NCBI GenBank assembly: GCA_040904565.1
Contig: JBBDTI010000042.1
Span: forward strand, 1 to 39,495
From: Rhodothermales bacterium
GTDB taxonomy: Bacteria > Bacteroidota > Rhodothermia > Rhodothermales > VXPQ01
Direction: 5' to 3'
Length of the DNA stretch: 39,495 nt
Shown here piece after piece: positions 9,671 through 18,793 of this stretch. Below the pieces are notes generated by a model. It saw only the letters and a program-made list of their open reading frames with translations, had not been told where the DNA came from and did no database searches. Made by a program: the position numbers and the translations under genes. Every line of letters begins with the position of its first letter. Within the stretch, counting starts at the first letter, position 1.

Positions 9671-10273
9671 TTACTGGCTGCCGCCGTCCGACGCTTCCGG
9701 TCCCACCAGCATCATGTGGGCCCACGGCATGCCCGGGTTCATCAGCCACGGCTGGCCGCGAGGCGCACCCGATGGGAGTCCGGTCGACTCCGTCGTAGCG
9801 TACGGCATGTATACCACGTGCAGCGGCGTAGCACCGGAGACCGTCATGTCTTCCGGGTCGAAGCTGTCGGGCGGACCGGTGAGCGAATAGAGCGCGGCCG
9901 CTTGCTCCGGCATGTTCAGCTGCCCCGAGCGGGCTTCCTCTTCACGAATTTGCCGGACGGTATCGTCGTCGTGTCCTTCCGCGCGCAGCGTACGCCCGCG
10001 CTCCATGAACGGCTCGAGAGAATCGTGATAACACGCCACGTGGAAGCGATCGTCGCCGGGCTGGTCGCCCAGACAGATCATGTCGTTGGAACCGGGGCGG
10101 AGCGTTTCGAGCCCGTCATCCGCGAAGACACGTACCTCGGCACCCTCCTTGTACTCGTCGGGAAGCGGACTGACGGCGGCGGCAATCTGTTGCTCCGCGG
10201 TCAACGATTGTGCGAAGGCTGGTTGGATCCAGCAGGCCCCCGCAAAGAGGGCGATAAGCATCAGGCGTACCAT
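9671..10273 (-). CDS. Hypothetical secreted protein
   Basis: Signal peptide (AFA-Q) and a protein-like sequence with ICLGD..ACYH and PWLMNPGMPWAHMM segments. Co-oriented with the upstream gene (7-nt gap). Confidence 0.8.
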   Translation of the reverse strand: MVRLMLIALFAGACWIQPAFAQSLTAEQQIAAAVSPLPDEYKEGAEVRVFADDGLETLRPGSNDMICLGDQPGDDRFHVACYHDSLEPFMERGRTLRAEGHDDDTVRQIREEEARSGQLNMPEQAAALYSLTGPPDSFDPEDMTVSGATPLHVVYMPYATTESTGLPSGAPRGQPWLMNPGMPWAHMMLVGPEASDGGSQ

Positions 10274-10280
10274 GGGAGGA

Positions 10281-10784
10281 TCAGTTGACTGTGAGAAAGT
10301 CGTCGGCGAACTGGTCGATCAAGCCGAGCACGGATTCCGCAATGATCGACGTTCTATCATGAGAGACGAGTCCGACGACACTCTCGTTCCATGTAATCGC
10401 ATCGACCGACACGCGCCGGTCCACCAATCGGACGCTCTGAAAGAAGTCCAGCTCCACCGAGAAAGCGATCAAGCCGGTTTGCACCTGCATCATATTCAGG
10501 TGGATGTGCAGGTTGGGTAATTCTTCCGAGGCCGCGGCCAGCGGAAGGTCCATTTCTCGAAGTCGCTCCGATGCTGCGGCAATGAGTACGCCGACGCGGA
10601 GGAGGTCGGACTCAGCCAGGTGGGCGGGTCCTTCGACCGTGGCGTCGACGGAAAAGGCGGAGACGCCGGCAAGGGATCCCCGTGCGCCCTCACGATCTCC
10701 CTGCGCCCGCGAGGTCTGCACGCCAAGGCATACGACGAGGCATACGATGAACAGGTACGGAAGGAGTCTCGTCGATCTCATCAT
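10281..10784 (-). CDS. Hypothetical secreted protein
   Basis: Signal peptide-like N-terminus (SRA-Q) and alpha/beta patterning. Fits the gene layout. Confidence 0.72.
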   Translation of the reverse strand: MMRSTRLLPYLFIVCLVVCLGVQTSRAQGDREGARGSLAGVSAFSVDATVEGPAHLAESDLLRVGVLIAAASERLREMDLPLAAASEELPNLHIHLNMMQVQTGLIAFSVELDFFQSVRLVDRRVSVDAITWNESVVGLVSHDRTSIIAESVLGLIDQFADDFLTVN

Positions 10785-10888
10785 GTCGCGTACGTGAGTG
10801 ACGTGTCGCTATTAAAGCGGTGGATCGGATCGAGGCGTCGACACGATCGTATGCAAGTCCAGAGTCCGGCCTCTACAACCTGGACGAC

Positions 10889-10971
10889 TGGATCCTGATG
10901 TCTCCAATCTAACGTGTCCAATCTAACGTCTCGAATCTAACGCCTAGAACCTGACGTCTCTAACTGACGCC
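10889..10971. repeat. Degenerate 14-bp tandem repeat array, about 6 units
   Basis: TGGATCCTGATGTC / TCCAATCTAACGTG / TCCAATCTAACGTC / TCGAATCTAACGCC / TAGAACCTGACGTC / TCTAA-CTGACGCC. Confidence 0.8.
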
Positions 10972-11019
10972 TCCAAGAATGTCCCTAACACACGGCACGC
11001 TCCCATGCGCTCACGACTG

Positions 11020-11574
11020 ATGACACACACGGTGACGATTCTCGTCGCCGCGCTCGGCGCCGCTGTCGTATTCGCCATCGGAACGGGCCTCGACCGGACG
11101 GCCACCGGCGATGCGGAAACGCCGAAGGGGGCCGACTGGATGGACGAAGGCGATCCGGCGCCGAACTTCGAGCTTGCCACGCTCGATGGCGATACCTTTC
11201 GCCTGACCGACCACACGGGCCGCGTCGTCGTGCTGAATTTCTGGGCCACGTGGTGCGCTCCCTGCCGCGTCGAAATCCCCGACCTGATCGATATGCAGAC
11301 GGAATTTGGCGCAGATATGGTCCGATTCGTAGGCGTCTCCGTCGACCATCAGGGGGAAGACGTCGTCAGCTCGTTCGTCGAAGAGATGGGCGTCAACTAT
11401 CCCGTCGTCATCGACGACGGGTCGGTGTCGGACAAATATGGGGGGATCTACGCGCTCCCGATGACCTTCGTGATCGACCGTGAAGGTACGATCCGATGGC
11501 GCAAGGCCGGGCTCGTCCGGAGGGATGCGCTGGAGCCGGTGCTCGACGAGCTGACGGCCGCACTAATCCAGTAG
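11020..11574 (+). CDS. TlpA/ResA-family thiol-disulfide oxidoreductase
   Basis: N-terminal anchor, [25 protein letters not shown], and [12 protein letters not shown]. Start is 11005 or 11020. Confidence 0.92.
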   Translation: [184 protein letters not shown]

Positions 11575-13143
11575 CCCAACATAGTCGACGTCGCCACCCT
11601 CGAGCACGTCGATCGATGGCACCTTTCGCCGGCGGAGGAGCTCCTCGATTGCGGCCATCTCTCTGTCGCGCCCGCAACCCGAGGCGGCTACGACCTCACC
11701 GCCCTGTACGTAAAAGGCGATGAACGACCGATCTTCCGGCCGGCCGTCGAAAAGGATGACGTCCCACGCGTCTGCGTGTCCAACGTATCGGATATTGGTG
11801 CCGAAGTGCGCCGTCCAGAAGAAGGGCACGCTTCGATATGCCGTCTCCTCGCCTGCCAGATTGTAGCCGGCGATTCGACCGTGCTGGCAGGCGAGTCGCC
11901 AGTGCTCGATACGGGTCGCCCGCCCCGTCAGCCAGTACGGAAACTGCGCGATATCACCCGCCGCATAGACGCCGTCGGCCGCCCGCATCTGCTCGTCGAC
12001 GACCACGGCGCCGTCGCCGGCGAGTTCGAGTCCGTCGATGAAATCGGTAGCCGGACGCACACCGACGCCGACGATGACGAGGTCGGCCTCGAGCGCTTCC
12101 CCATCGTCGATCACCACGCGCTCGACACGGTCGTCACCCTCAAATGCCTGAACGATACGTCCCAGTCGGAAGCGGACGCCGTGTTCCTCGTGAATGGATT
12201 GGACCATCTTGCCGACACGTTCCCCGAACGCGGCCGCAAAGGGAACGTCTTCCGGCGCGACGACGGTTACGGTATCGACCCCCAGCTCTTTCAAGCTCCA
12301 CGCCGCTTCCATACCGATGAAGCCCGCGCCGACCACGACGGCGTGCGACGCCTCGCGTCCCGCAGCGAGAAGCTCCTCCGCATCCCGGTACGACCGGAGG
12401 ACGTGGACGCCGGGCAGCTCGGCCCCATCGACGTCGAGCGTACGGGGTACACCGCCCGTGCAGATGACGATGCCGTCGAAGTCCATCTCGTCGCAGTTCT
12501 CGAACGTCAGGCGCTTTGCGGCCGCATCCAGCTTCACGACGGTTCGGTTGTGGAGGCGCTCGATATCGAGATCGTCGTAGAACGCTGCGCCCCGCAAGAA
12601 CATCCACTCTTCGGGCGCCTTCCCCTGCAGGTAGTCCTTGCTGCAGTTGGGACGATCGCAGGGCGTCTCCGCCTCTTTCGTGATGAGGACCACACGGCCG
12701 CTGAATCCTTTCTCTCGCAGTCCCTCCAGCGCGTACTCGCCGGCTGCTCCGCCGCCGAGGATGACGAACGTGCGGTCGTCGGCAGGGTCGCGCCGGCTCA
12801 TCTCGACGATCCGGTGGCCTCCCGCCTCTTCCGGGACGCGGACCACGACGTCGTCGCCATCGATTCGAACGTCGTAGGCGTCGAGCGCGTCGAGTCCCGG
12901 GGGCTCGAGCTGATCGCCCGACGATGCGTTGAAACAGGCATGATGCCACGGACAAACGATCCGGTCGCCGCTCAAAACGCCGTCGGCGAGCGGAGCGCCG
13001 TAGTGCGTGCAATGGGCGTGAAATGCAGCATACCGGCCGCCGCGCCGCACCAGTAAGACGTCCGTCTCGCCGACGGATACCTGGCGCATCTCTCCATCGC
13101 GGAGCTCGTTCCGCTGCATTACGACCTGTTCTCGAAAGGACAT
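11563..13143 (-). CDS. Rieske [2Fe-2S] + FAD/NAD(P)H-dependent reductase (AIF3-like fusion)
   Basis: Rieske motifs CTHYGAPL and CPWHHACF, GGGAAG FAD loop, GAGFIGME NAD loop, YAAGDIA, RIEHW and VPFFWT. Confidence 0.93.
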   Translation of the reverse strand: MSFREQVVMQRNELRDGEMRQVSVGETDVLLVRRGGRYAAFHAHCTHYGAPLADGVLSGDRIVCPWHHACFNASSGDQLEPPGLDALDAYDVRIDGDDVVVRVPEEAGGHRIVEMSRRDPADDRTFVILGGGAAGEYALEGLREKGFSGRVVLITKEAETPCDRPNCSKDYLQGKAPEEWMFLRGAAFYDDLDIERLHNRTVVKLDAAAKRLTFENCDEMDFDGIVICTGGVPRTLDVDGAELPGVHVLRSYRDAEELLAAGREASHAVVVGAGFIGMEAAWSLKELGVDTVTVVAPEDVPFAAAFGERVGKMVQSIHEEHGVRFRLGRIVQAFEGDDRVERVVIDDGEALEADLVIVGVGVRPATDFIDGLELAGDGAVVVDEQMRAADGVYAAGDIAQFPYWLTGRATRIEHWRLACQHGRIAGYNLAGEETAYRSVPFFWTAHFGTNIRYVGHADAWDVILFDGRPEDRSFIAFYVQGGEVVAASGCGRDREMAAIEELLRRRKVPSIDVLEGGDVDYVGLLD

Positions 13144-13372
13144 CGGCTACCGGCTTCGACTGTACGAGGGATCCTGACACTTTAACGTACCCAATTTACG
13201 CGTGGCCGTCTACTATGTCGATCCGGTTCCGCCGTGCCGCAGGGCCCTTTACGTTCTTTTTACAGGGCCTTTGTCGGAGCGTCCGCCCGCAGCCGTAAAC
13301 GGAGACGCCGCATCGAAAGAGGTGGCCGTTCAGTATACTGGACTACGCGATACATCCATACCAGACCATCCC

Positions 13373-15070
13373 ATGACCTTGAAACGAATTCACGGTGGCG
13401 CCGATCGACTTGTCGGTCGTGCGTTCGCTTCACGCAGTCCGGTGCTGGCACGGAACGGCATGGCGGCGACGAGTCATCCGATCGCCTCGTTCCTGGCCGT
13501 CGAGACGCTGAAGAGGGGTGGGAGCGCCGTCGACGCCGCCATCGCCGCGAACGCCGCGCTCGGTGTTATGGAGCCGGTAAACTGCGGTATCGGCGGGGAT
13601 CTGTTTGCCCTTCTGTGGGATCCGGACGAGGAGGCGCTGGTCGGACTCAACGCGAGCGGCCGGTCGCCCAGGCGTGTTTCCCGTTCGGTACTGCGTTCTC
13701 GACTCGCCTCGGCCGGCACCGACCGCATACCCCTGTACGGTCCCCTTTCGGTGAGCGTCCCGGGGGCCGTGGACGGCTGGTTCGAACTCCACGATCGATA
13801 CGGAAGGCTGCCGATGGCCGACCTCCTGGCGCCGGCCATCGCGTATGCGCGGCAGGGTGTTCCGGTGCCTCAAACAATCGCCCATCACTGGAGTGAGGCC
13901 TACGCGACGTATTCGAACCACAGGGACAGCATCGGCGAGTTCGATAATTTCCAGGCTACGTTTCTGGTAGACGGCCGGCCTCCCGGAGAAGGCGAAGTAT
14001 TCGCCAACCCCGACCTGGCTCGCACCTACGAACGGATCGCGGCCGGCGGGCGCGACGCTTTCTACCGTGGAGAGGTTGCGGAGACGGTCGATGCCTACAT
14101 GCGCCGCGTTGGCGGATGGCTTCGGAAAGAAGATCTCGCGGACCATGCCGGCGAATGGGTTGCGCCGATCTCAACGACGTACCGGGGGGTCGACGTTTAC
14201 GAGCTGCCGCCGAACGGTCAGGGCGCCGCCGTTCTCCAGATGCTCAATATCCTGGAGGGATTCGACGTGGCCGAAATGGGTCATCATTCTGCCGATTACC
14301 TTCACGTGCACGCGGAAGCGAAGAAGCTTGCCTTCGAAGACCGTGCGCGGTACTACGCCGACCCTGACTATATCGATGCGCCCGTCGATGAGCTCATCTC
14401 GAAGAACTACGCGCGGCGTCTTCGCGATCGCGTGCGTATGGACGACGTCCTCCGAGAGATCCATCACGCCCCGAGGCCGTTAGATCGGGGCGACACCGTC
14501 TACCTGACGACGGCCGATGCCGACGGCATGATGGTCTCGTTCATACAAAGCAACTTTCACGCGATGGGCAGTGGACTCGTGCCGGACGGGCTCGGATTCG
14601 GGCTTCAGAACCGGGGGGCGCTGTTCACGCTCGAGGAGGGTCATCCGAACGTCTACGCTCCAGGAAAGCGACCCTTCCACACGATCATTCCGGCGTTCGC
14701 CATGCGGAACGGACGACCGTGGATGAGCTTCGGGGTGATGGGTGGACCGATGCAGCCGCAGGGGCAGGTGCAGGTGCTGTGCAACATGATCGACTTTGGA
14801 ATGAACGTTCAGGAGGCCGGCGATGCCGCCCGGTATCGGCACGACGGTAGCAGTTCCCCAACCGGGGACCGGATGACGGACGGCGGAGTCCTCCGCGTGG
14901 AGAGCGGCGTTGCGGCCGACGTGGTCGAAGCGCTCCGAGCGCGCGGTCATCGAGTGGAGGTCACAAGGGGAGGCTACGGCGGATACCAGGCGATATGCAG
15001 ACAGGGCGAGACGATCGCCTACCACGGCGCATCGGAGATGCGAAAAGACGGGCAGGCGATTGGATACTGA
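13373..15070 (+). CDS. ggt: Gamma-glutamyltransferase family protein
   Basis: GGSAVDAAIA, GIGGDLF, SVPGAVDGW, nucleophile region GDTVYLTTAD, KRPFHTIIP and GVMGGPMQPQG. Start ATG 13373 is inferred. Confidence 0.93.
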   Translation: MTLKRIHGGADRLVGRAFASRSPVLARNGMAATSHPIASFLAVETLKRGGSAVDAAIAANAALGVMEPVNCGIGGDLFALLWDPDEEALVGLNASGRSPRRVSRSVLRSRLASAGTDRIPLYGPLSVSVPGAVDGWFELHDRYGRLPMADLLAPAIAYARQGVPVPQTIAHHWSEAYATYSNHRDSIGEFDNFQATFLVDGRPPGEGEVFANPDLARTYERIAAGGRDAFYRGEVAETVDAYMRRVGGWLRKEDLADHAGEWVAPISTTYRGVDVYELPPNGQGAAVLQMLNILEGFDVAEMGHHSADYLHVHAEAKKLAFEDRARYYADPDYIDAPVDELISKNYARRLRDRVRMDDVLREIHHAPRPLDRGDTVYLTTADADGMMVSFIQSNFHAMGSGLVPDGLGFGLQNRGALFTLEEGHPNVYAPGKRPFHTIIPAFAMRNGRPWMSFGVMGGPMQPQGQVQVLCNMIDFGMNVQEAGDAARYRHDGSSSPTGDRMTDGGVLRVESGVAADVVEALRARGHRVEVTRGGYGGYQAICRQGETIAYHGASEMRKDGQAIGY

Positions 15071-15809
15071 GTTGCTGCGTACGGCCGTCATGGGCACCCA
15101 TCCGAACCTGGATGTCCGGGCCGGCGTGCTGGAGGAGCGTTCCTCGTTCCGGGGGTCGGTTGCATCCGCCGACGAACTGGACGTTGTTTTCGTGGGGGTG
15201 CCCTCGGCCGAGCGATTCGAAGCGGCGTCGAGTGCGCTTCGAAAGGGAGCGCACGTGTTCCTGGAGTGGCCGCCGAGCTCGTCGATTCGTGAGTGTGCGC
15301 GGCTGGTCGATCTGGCGGAGGAAGCAGGGCTTGAAGTTGCCGTGAGCCGGCCGCTCCGCGTCGCTGCCGGAGACGTGCTCGGGCAGCGGCGCGCGCAGAT
15401 CCTGTCGATGTCCGTCAAGGGGGTACCTTCGGTGGTCGCTGCGCTGGCCGACGTGATCGACCTGGCCTTTGCGGTCGGGCAGAGCGGCAGCGTACGGCGC
15501 GTCGAAGCGGAAGCCGCCCACGATGCGGCCCGCTCGATGACGTCCGTCGCCGTCAGCCTGCGGTTTCACAGCGGTACGTTTGCACAGGCGCTTATTCGGA
15601 CCGGCGGACGCGCGGGCGGCGTGGAATTGTATGCGGCGGACCAGGACGTGGAGAAAGACATCGTGCTGCACGCGGGAAGGGCCGAGCTCGTGGAGGAAAC
15701 GGGCGGTGTGCTACGTGCGCTGGAGAAGGCGGATCCGGCACCCGTATCGGCTCTCGATGCGCTGCAAACGATGCGGGTGATCGAGCGCGTCATGAGCGTT
15801 CTGCGCTAG
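15060..15809 (+). CDS. Degenerate Gfo/Idh/MocA-like oxidoreductase homolog
   Basis: LDVVFVGVP..RFEAASSALRKGAHVFLEWP, LRFHSGTFA, and C-terminal PVSALDALQTMRVIE. The inferred TTG start overlaps the ggt stop. Confidence 0.7.
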   Translation: MDTELLRTAVMGTHPNLDVRAGVLEERSSFRGSVASADELDVVFVGVPSAERFEAASSALRKGAHVFLEWPPSSSIRECARLVDLAEEAGLEVAVSRPLRVAAGDVLGQRRAQILSMSVKGVPSVVAALADVIDLAFAVGQSGSVRRVEAEAAHDAARSMTSVAVSLRFHSGTFAQALIRTGGRAGGVELYAADQDVEKDIVLHAGRAELVEETGGVLRALEKADPAPVSALDALQTMRVIERVMSVLR

Positions 15810-15935
15810 GCGAAGGCCGCATTCCGGCCGACGCCGGGCGCGCCGTGAAACCTGCTCACGCTTCATACGTCGATTCCCACGCCGGAGAGCAACGATAACA
15901 GGTCAACACATCGCTACGTGGATCCCAAGCCCATA

Positions 15936-17576
15936 ATGGCCGACAGCCGACCCAGCCTAGCAGAAGACGTAGAACGACAGCGGTACGCAACCGTGCTCCG
16001 TACCGCGGGTCGTGTGGCTGCCGCACAGGATATCGAGGCCTACCTCGTCGGCGGGGCCGTCCGAGACATGCTGCTGGAACGCCCGACGACGGACCTCGAT
16101 TTTGTTACCGTGGGTTCGGGATCGGGCATTCGGCTCGCGGAAGCCGTGTCGGAGGAACTGGGTGGACAGACCGTCCACGTCTATCCGAAATTCGGCACCG
16201 CCGCCATTCGCGTGCATGATTCCCAAGTCGACGAGCCGTTCGTGCTCGAATTCGTAGGGGCGCGGACCGAATCCTACCGTCGAAGCTCCCGCAAGCCGAT
16301 CGTCGAGGAGGGTACCCTGATGGACGACCTGCGGCGACGCGACTTTACGGTCAACGCGATGGCGATGACGCTCGACCCCAACGCGTTCGGCAAGCTGATC
16401 GATCCCTTCGATGGCCTCCACGACCTGTCGGACCGGCTGATCCGAACGCCGCTCGATCCGGAGGCGACCTTCGACGACGATCCGCTGCGCATGGTCCGCG
16501 CCGCCCGCTTTGCCGCGCAGCTTCGTTTTCGCATCGACGACGCCGCACGGACCGCCATGCAGTCCAGATCCGAACGCGTCGACATCCTGAGTCAGGAACG
16601 CATTACCGACGAATTGCAGAAGATGATCTGCGTCGCCGAACCGTCCGTCGGCTTCCGGATCCTGTTCGAAACAGGCCTCCTCCATCACATCCTGCCGGAG
16701 CTCGTCGAGCTTCAGGGTGTGGAAGCGGTCGACGGCCATCGCCACAAGGATAATTTCTTCCACACGCTTCAGGTGCTGGACAATCTTGCGGCGATGACCT
16801 CGGAACGGGACGAAGAGGAGACGCGCTACCTCCGCTGGGCGGCCCTGCTGCACGACATCGGCAAGCCCGTTACCAAACGGTTCTCGCGATCTGCAGGGTG
16901 GACCTTCCACGGGCACGAAGATCTCGGTGCGCGCATGATCCCCGGATTGTTCAAGCGGCTCAAGCTGCCGTCCGACGACCGGATGAAGTACGTCCGGAAG
17001 CTCATTCTCCTCCACCATCGACCGGTGGCACTGGTCGATGAGGAGGTTACGGATTCGGCGGTCCGCCGCCTGCTGTTCGAGGCGGGTGACGACATCGACG
17101 ACCTGATGACGCTCGTTCGTGCCGACATTACGTCGAAGAACCCGCGCCGCGTACAGCGCTATCTGAACGCGTTCGATCGCGTCGAGCAGAAGCTGTACCG
17201 CGTCGAAGAAGAAGATCGACTGCGTAATTTCCAGCCTCCCGTCGACGGATATGAGATCATGGAGACGCTGGGGATCACCGAAGGGGTCTCCATCGGTATC
17301 ATCAAGGAGGCCATTCGCGAGGCCATCCTCGACGGACGGATCCCCAACGAACACGATGCCGCGTTCGATCTGATGATGAGCATGAAGGAAGATGCCCTTC
17401 GCCGGGGAGACCTGTTCGAAGAAGTGATACAGGACCTTCGGGGGAGAGAACGGGCGGCGACGGGCGCCATCAAAGAGGAGATCTTCAGAGGAGACCTGCC
17501 CCGGGATCACGACGCAGCGTATCGCCACCTGATGCGTATAAAGGAAAACGTACTGGAAGAACGGCAAGAATCATGA
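15936..17576 (+). CDS. cca: CCA tRNA nucleotidyltransferase with HD domain
   Basis: YLVGGAVRD, DLDF, DDLRRRDFTVNAM, DDPLRMVRAARF, SQERITDEL, HKDNFFHT and LLHDIGKP. Confidence 0.93.
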   Translation: MADSRPSLAEDVERQRYATVLRTAGRVAAAQDIEAYLVGGAVRDMLLERPTTDLDFVTVGSGSGIRLAEAVSEELGGQTVHVYPKFGTAAIRVHDSQVDEPFVLEFVGARTESYRRSSRKPIVEEGTLMDDLRRRDFTVNAMAMTLDPNAFGKLIDPFDGLHDLSDRLIRTPLDPEATFDDDPLRMVRAARFAAQLRFRIDDAARTAMQSRSERVDILSQERITDELQKMICVAEPSVGFRILFETGLLHHILPELVELQGVEAVDGHRHKDNFFHTLQVLDNLAAMTSERDEEETRYLRWAALLHDIGKPVTKRFSRSAGWTFHGHEDLGARMIPGLFKRLKLPSDDRMKYVRKLILLHHRPVALVDEEVTDSAVRRLLFEAGDDIDDLMTLVRADITSKNPRRVQRYLNAFDRVEQKLYRVEEEDRLRNFQPPVDGYEIMETLGITEGVSIGIIKEAIREAILDGRIPNEHDAAFDLMMSMKEDALRRGDLFEEVIQDLRGRERAATGAIKEEIFRGDLPRDHDAAYRHLMRIKENVLEERQES

Positions 17577-17596
17577 CCCATCATCTCGCCCCCGCC

Positions 17597-18775
17597 ATGC
17601 TCTACAGGCTGAGCCTCGTCCTGCTGGCCGTCGCCTTGATCGGCTGCACGCCGGAGTCGACCGATTCCCAGGAAAGCGAAGCGGACTTCGTCGACCTGAT
17701 CAGCGACGATATGTCCGGCTGGATCAACCCGTACGACTGGGGAACGTATTCCGTGGACGACGGCGTCGTGTCGCTCGTAGGCGACACGAAATGGTTTCTC
17801 GTCACCGAGGAGACCTACGGCGATTTTGTTTTCGAGGCTGACGTGATGGTGCCGGATTCCGGCAACAGCGGGTTCATGTTCCGTGCTCATTACGAGCCGA
17901 ACCGGGTATGGGGCTATCAGGCGGAGGTCGATCCCAGTGATCGGCAGTGGTCGGGTGGTCTCTACGACGAGGCGCGGCGGGGATGGATCAATCCCCTCGA
18001 CGGGGAGGAGGAGGCCGAGGCCCGGTCGGCATTCAACAACGGCGAATGGAATCACTACCGGATCGAGGCCGACGGATCCCACCTTCAGATATGGGTTAAC
18101 GGCGTCCGGACGACCGATTATTACGATACGATGGATATCGAGGGGCACCTCGCGCTGCAGCATCACGGTGAAGACGGACTCGTATATCGGTTTCGCAACG
18201 TCCGCGTCCGCGATCTGGGGCGGCACGCATGGCGACCGATTTTCAATGGGCGGGATTTCGACGGATGGCGGACCACGCCGGGCGGCGAGTGGACCGTGGA
18301 GGACGGCATCCTTGTCGGAACGCAGGAGCCGTCCGACGAGCGGCATGGCCTGCTCCTGACGGAGGTTGCCTACGACGATTTTTCCGCGCGGCTCGATTTT
18401 CAGGCCCGGGAAGGTAACAGCGGGTTTTATTTCCGTGCGGAAGAAGTGGAGGACGACGTCCACGTCCACGGATTTCAGGCCGAGATCGAGCCTGACGGAG
18501 AGACGGGGGGACTCTATGAGACCGGCGGACGTGGATGGGTCGTCGAGCCCGAGACCGATCAGGTTGAAGAGTGGCTCAACGATCCCGGCGAATGGAACGA
18601 ATTGTCCGTCGTCGCTCAGGGCCCCCGCATCCTCGTCCACGTGAACGGTCACGAAAGCGCCGACATCGTCGACGAGGAAAGCCGCCGAAGCGGGCCCCTC
18701 GGACTTCAGCTGCACGGGGGCATGACCATGGACGTGCGCTTCAAAGACATCGAGGTGCTCAAGAAGGTCGAGTAG
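17597..18775 (+). CDS. Lipoprotein with two tandem DUF1080 (3-keto-disaccharide hydrolase-like) domains
   Basis: Lipobox LIGC. Two repeats of GNSG..GY/FQAE..GGLY..GEWN..NG..LQHHG/LQLHGG..FRN/FKD. Alternative start 17573. Confidence 0.9.
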   Translation: MLYRLSLVLLAVALIGCTPESTDSQESEADFVDLISDDMSGWINPYDWGTYSVDDGVVSLVGDTKWFLVTEETYGDFVFEADVMVPDSGNSGFMFRAHYEPNRVWGYQAEVDPSDRQWSGGLYDEARRGWINPLDGEEEAEARSAFNNGEWNHYRIEADGSHLQIWVNGVRTTDYYDTMDIEGHLALQHHGEDGLVYRFRNVRVRDLGRHAWRPIFNGRDFDGWRTTPGGEWTVEDGILVGTQEPSDERHGLLLTEVAYDDFSARLDFQAREGNSGFYFRAEEVEDDVHVHGFQAEIEPDGETGGLYETGGRGWVVEPETDQVEEWLNDPGEWNELSVVAQGPRILVHVNGHESADIVDEESRRSGPLGLQLHGGMTMDVRFKDIEVLKKVE

Positions 18776-18793
18776 CGCGCGGAGGGTCCTACG

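Noticed and set aside
10889-10971. Possible CRISPR array
   Set aside because: The units are 14 bp and head-to-tail with no spacers, and there are no cas genes.
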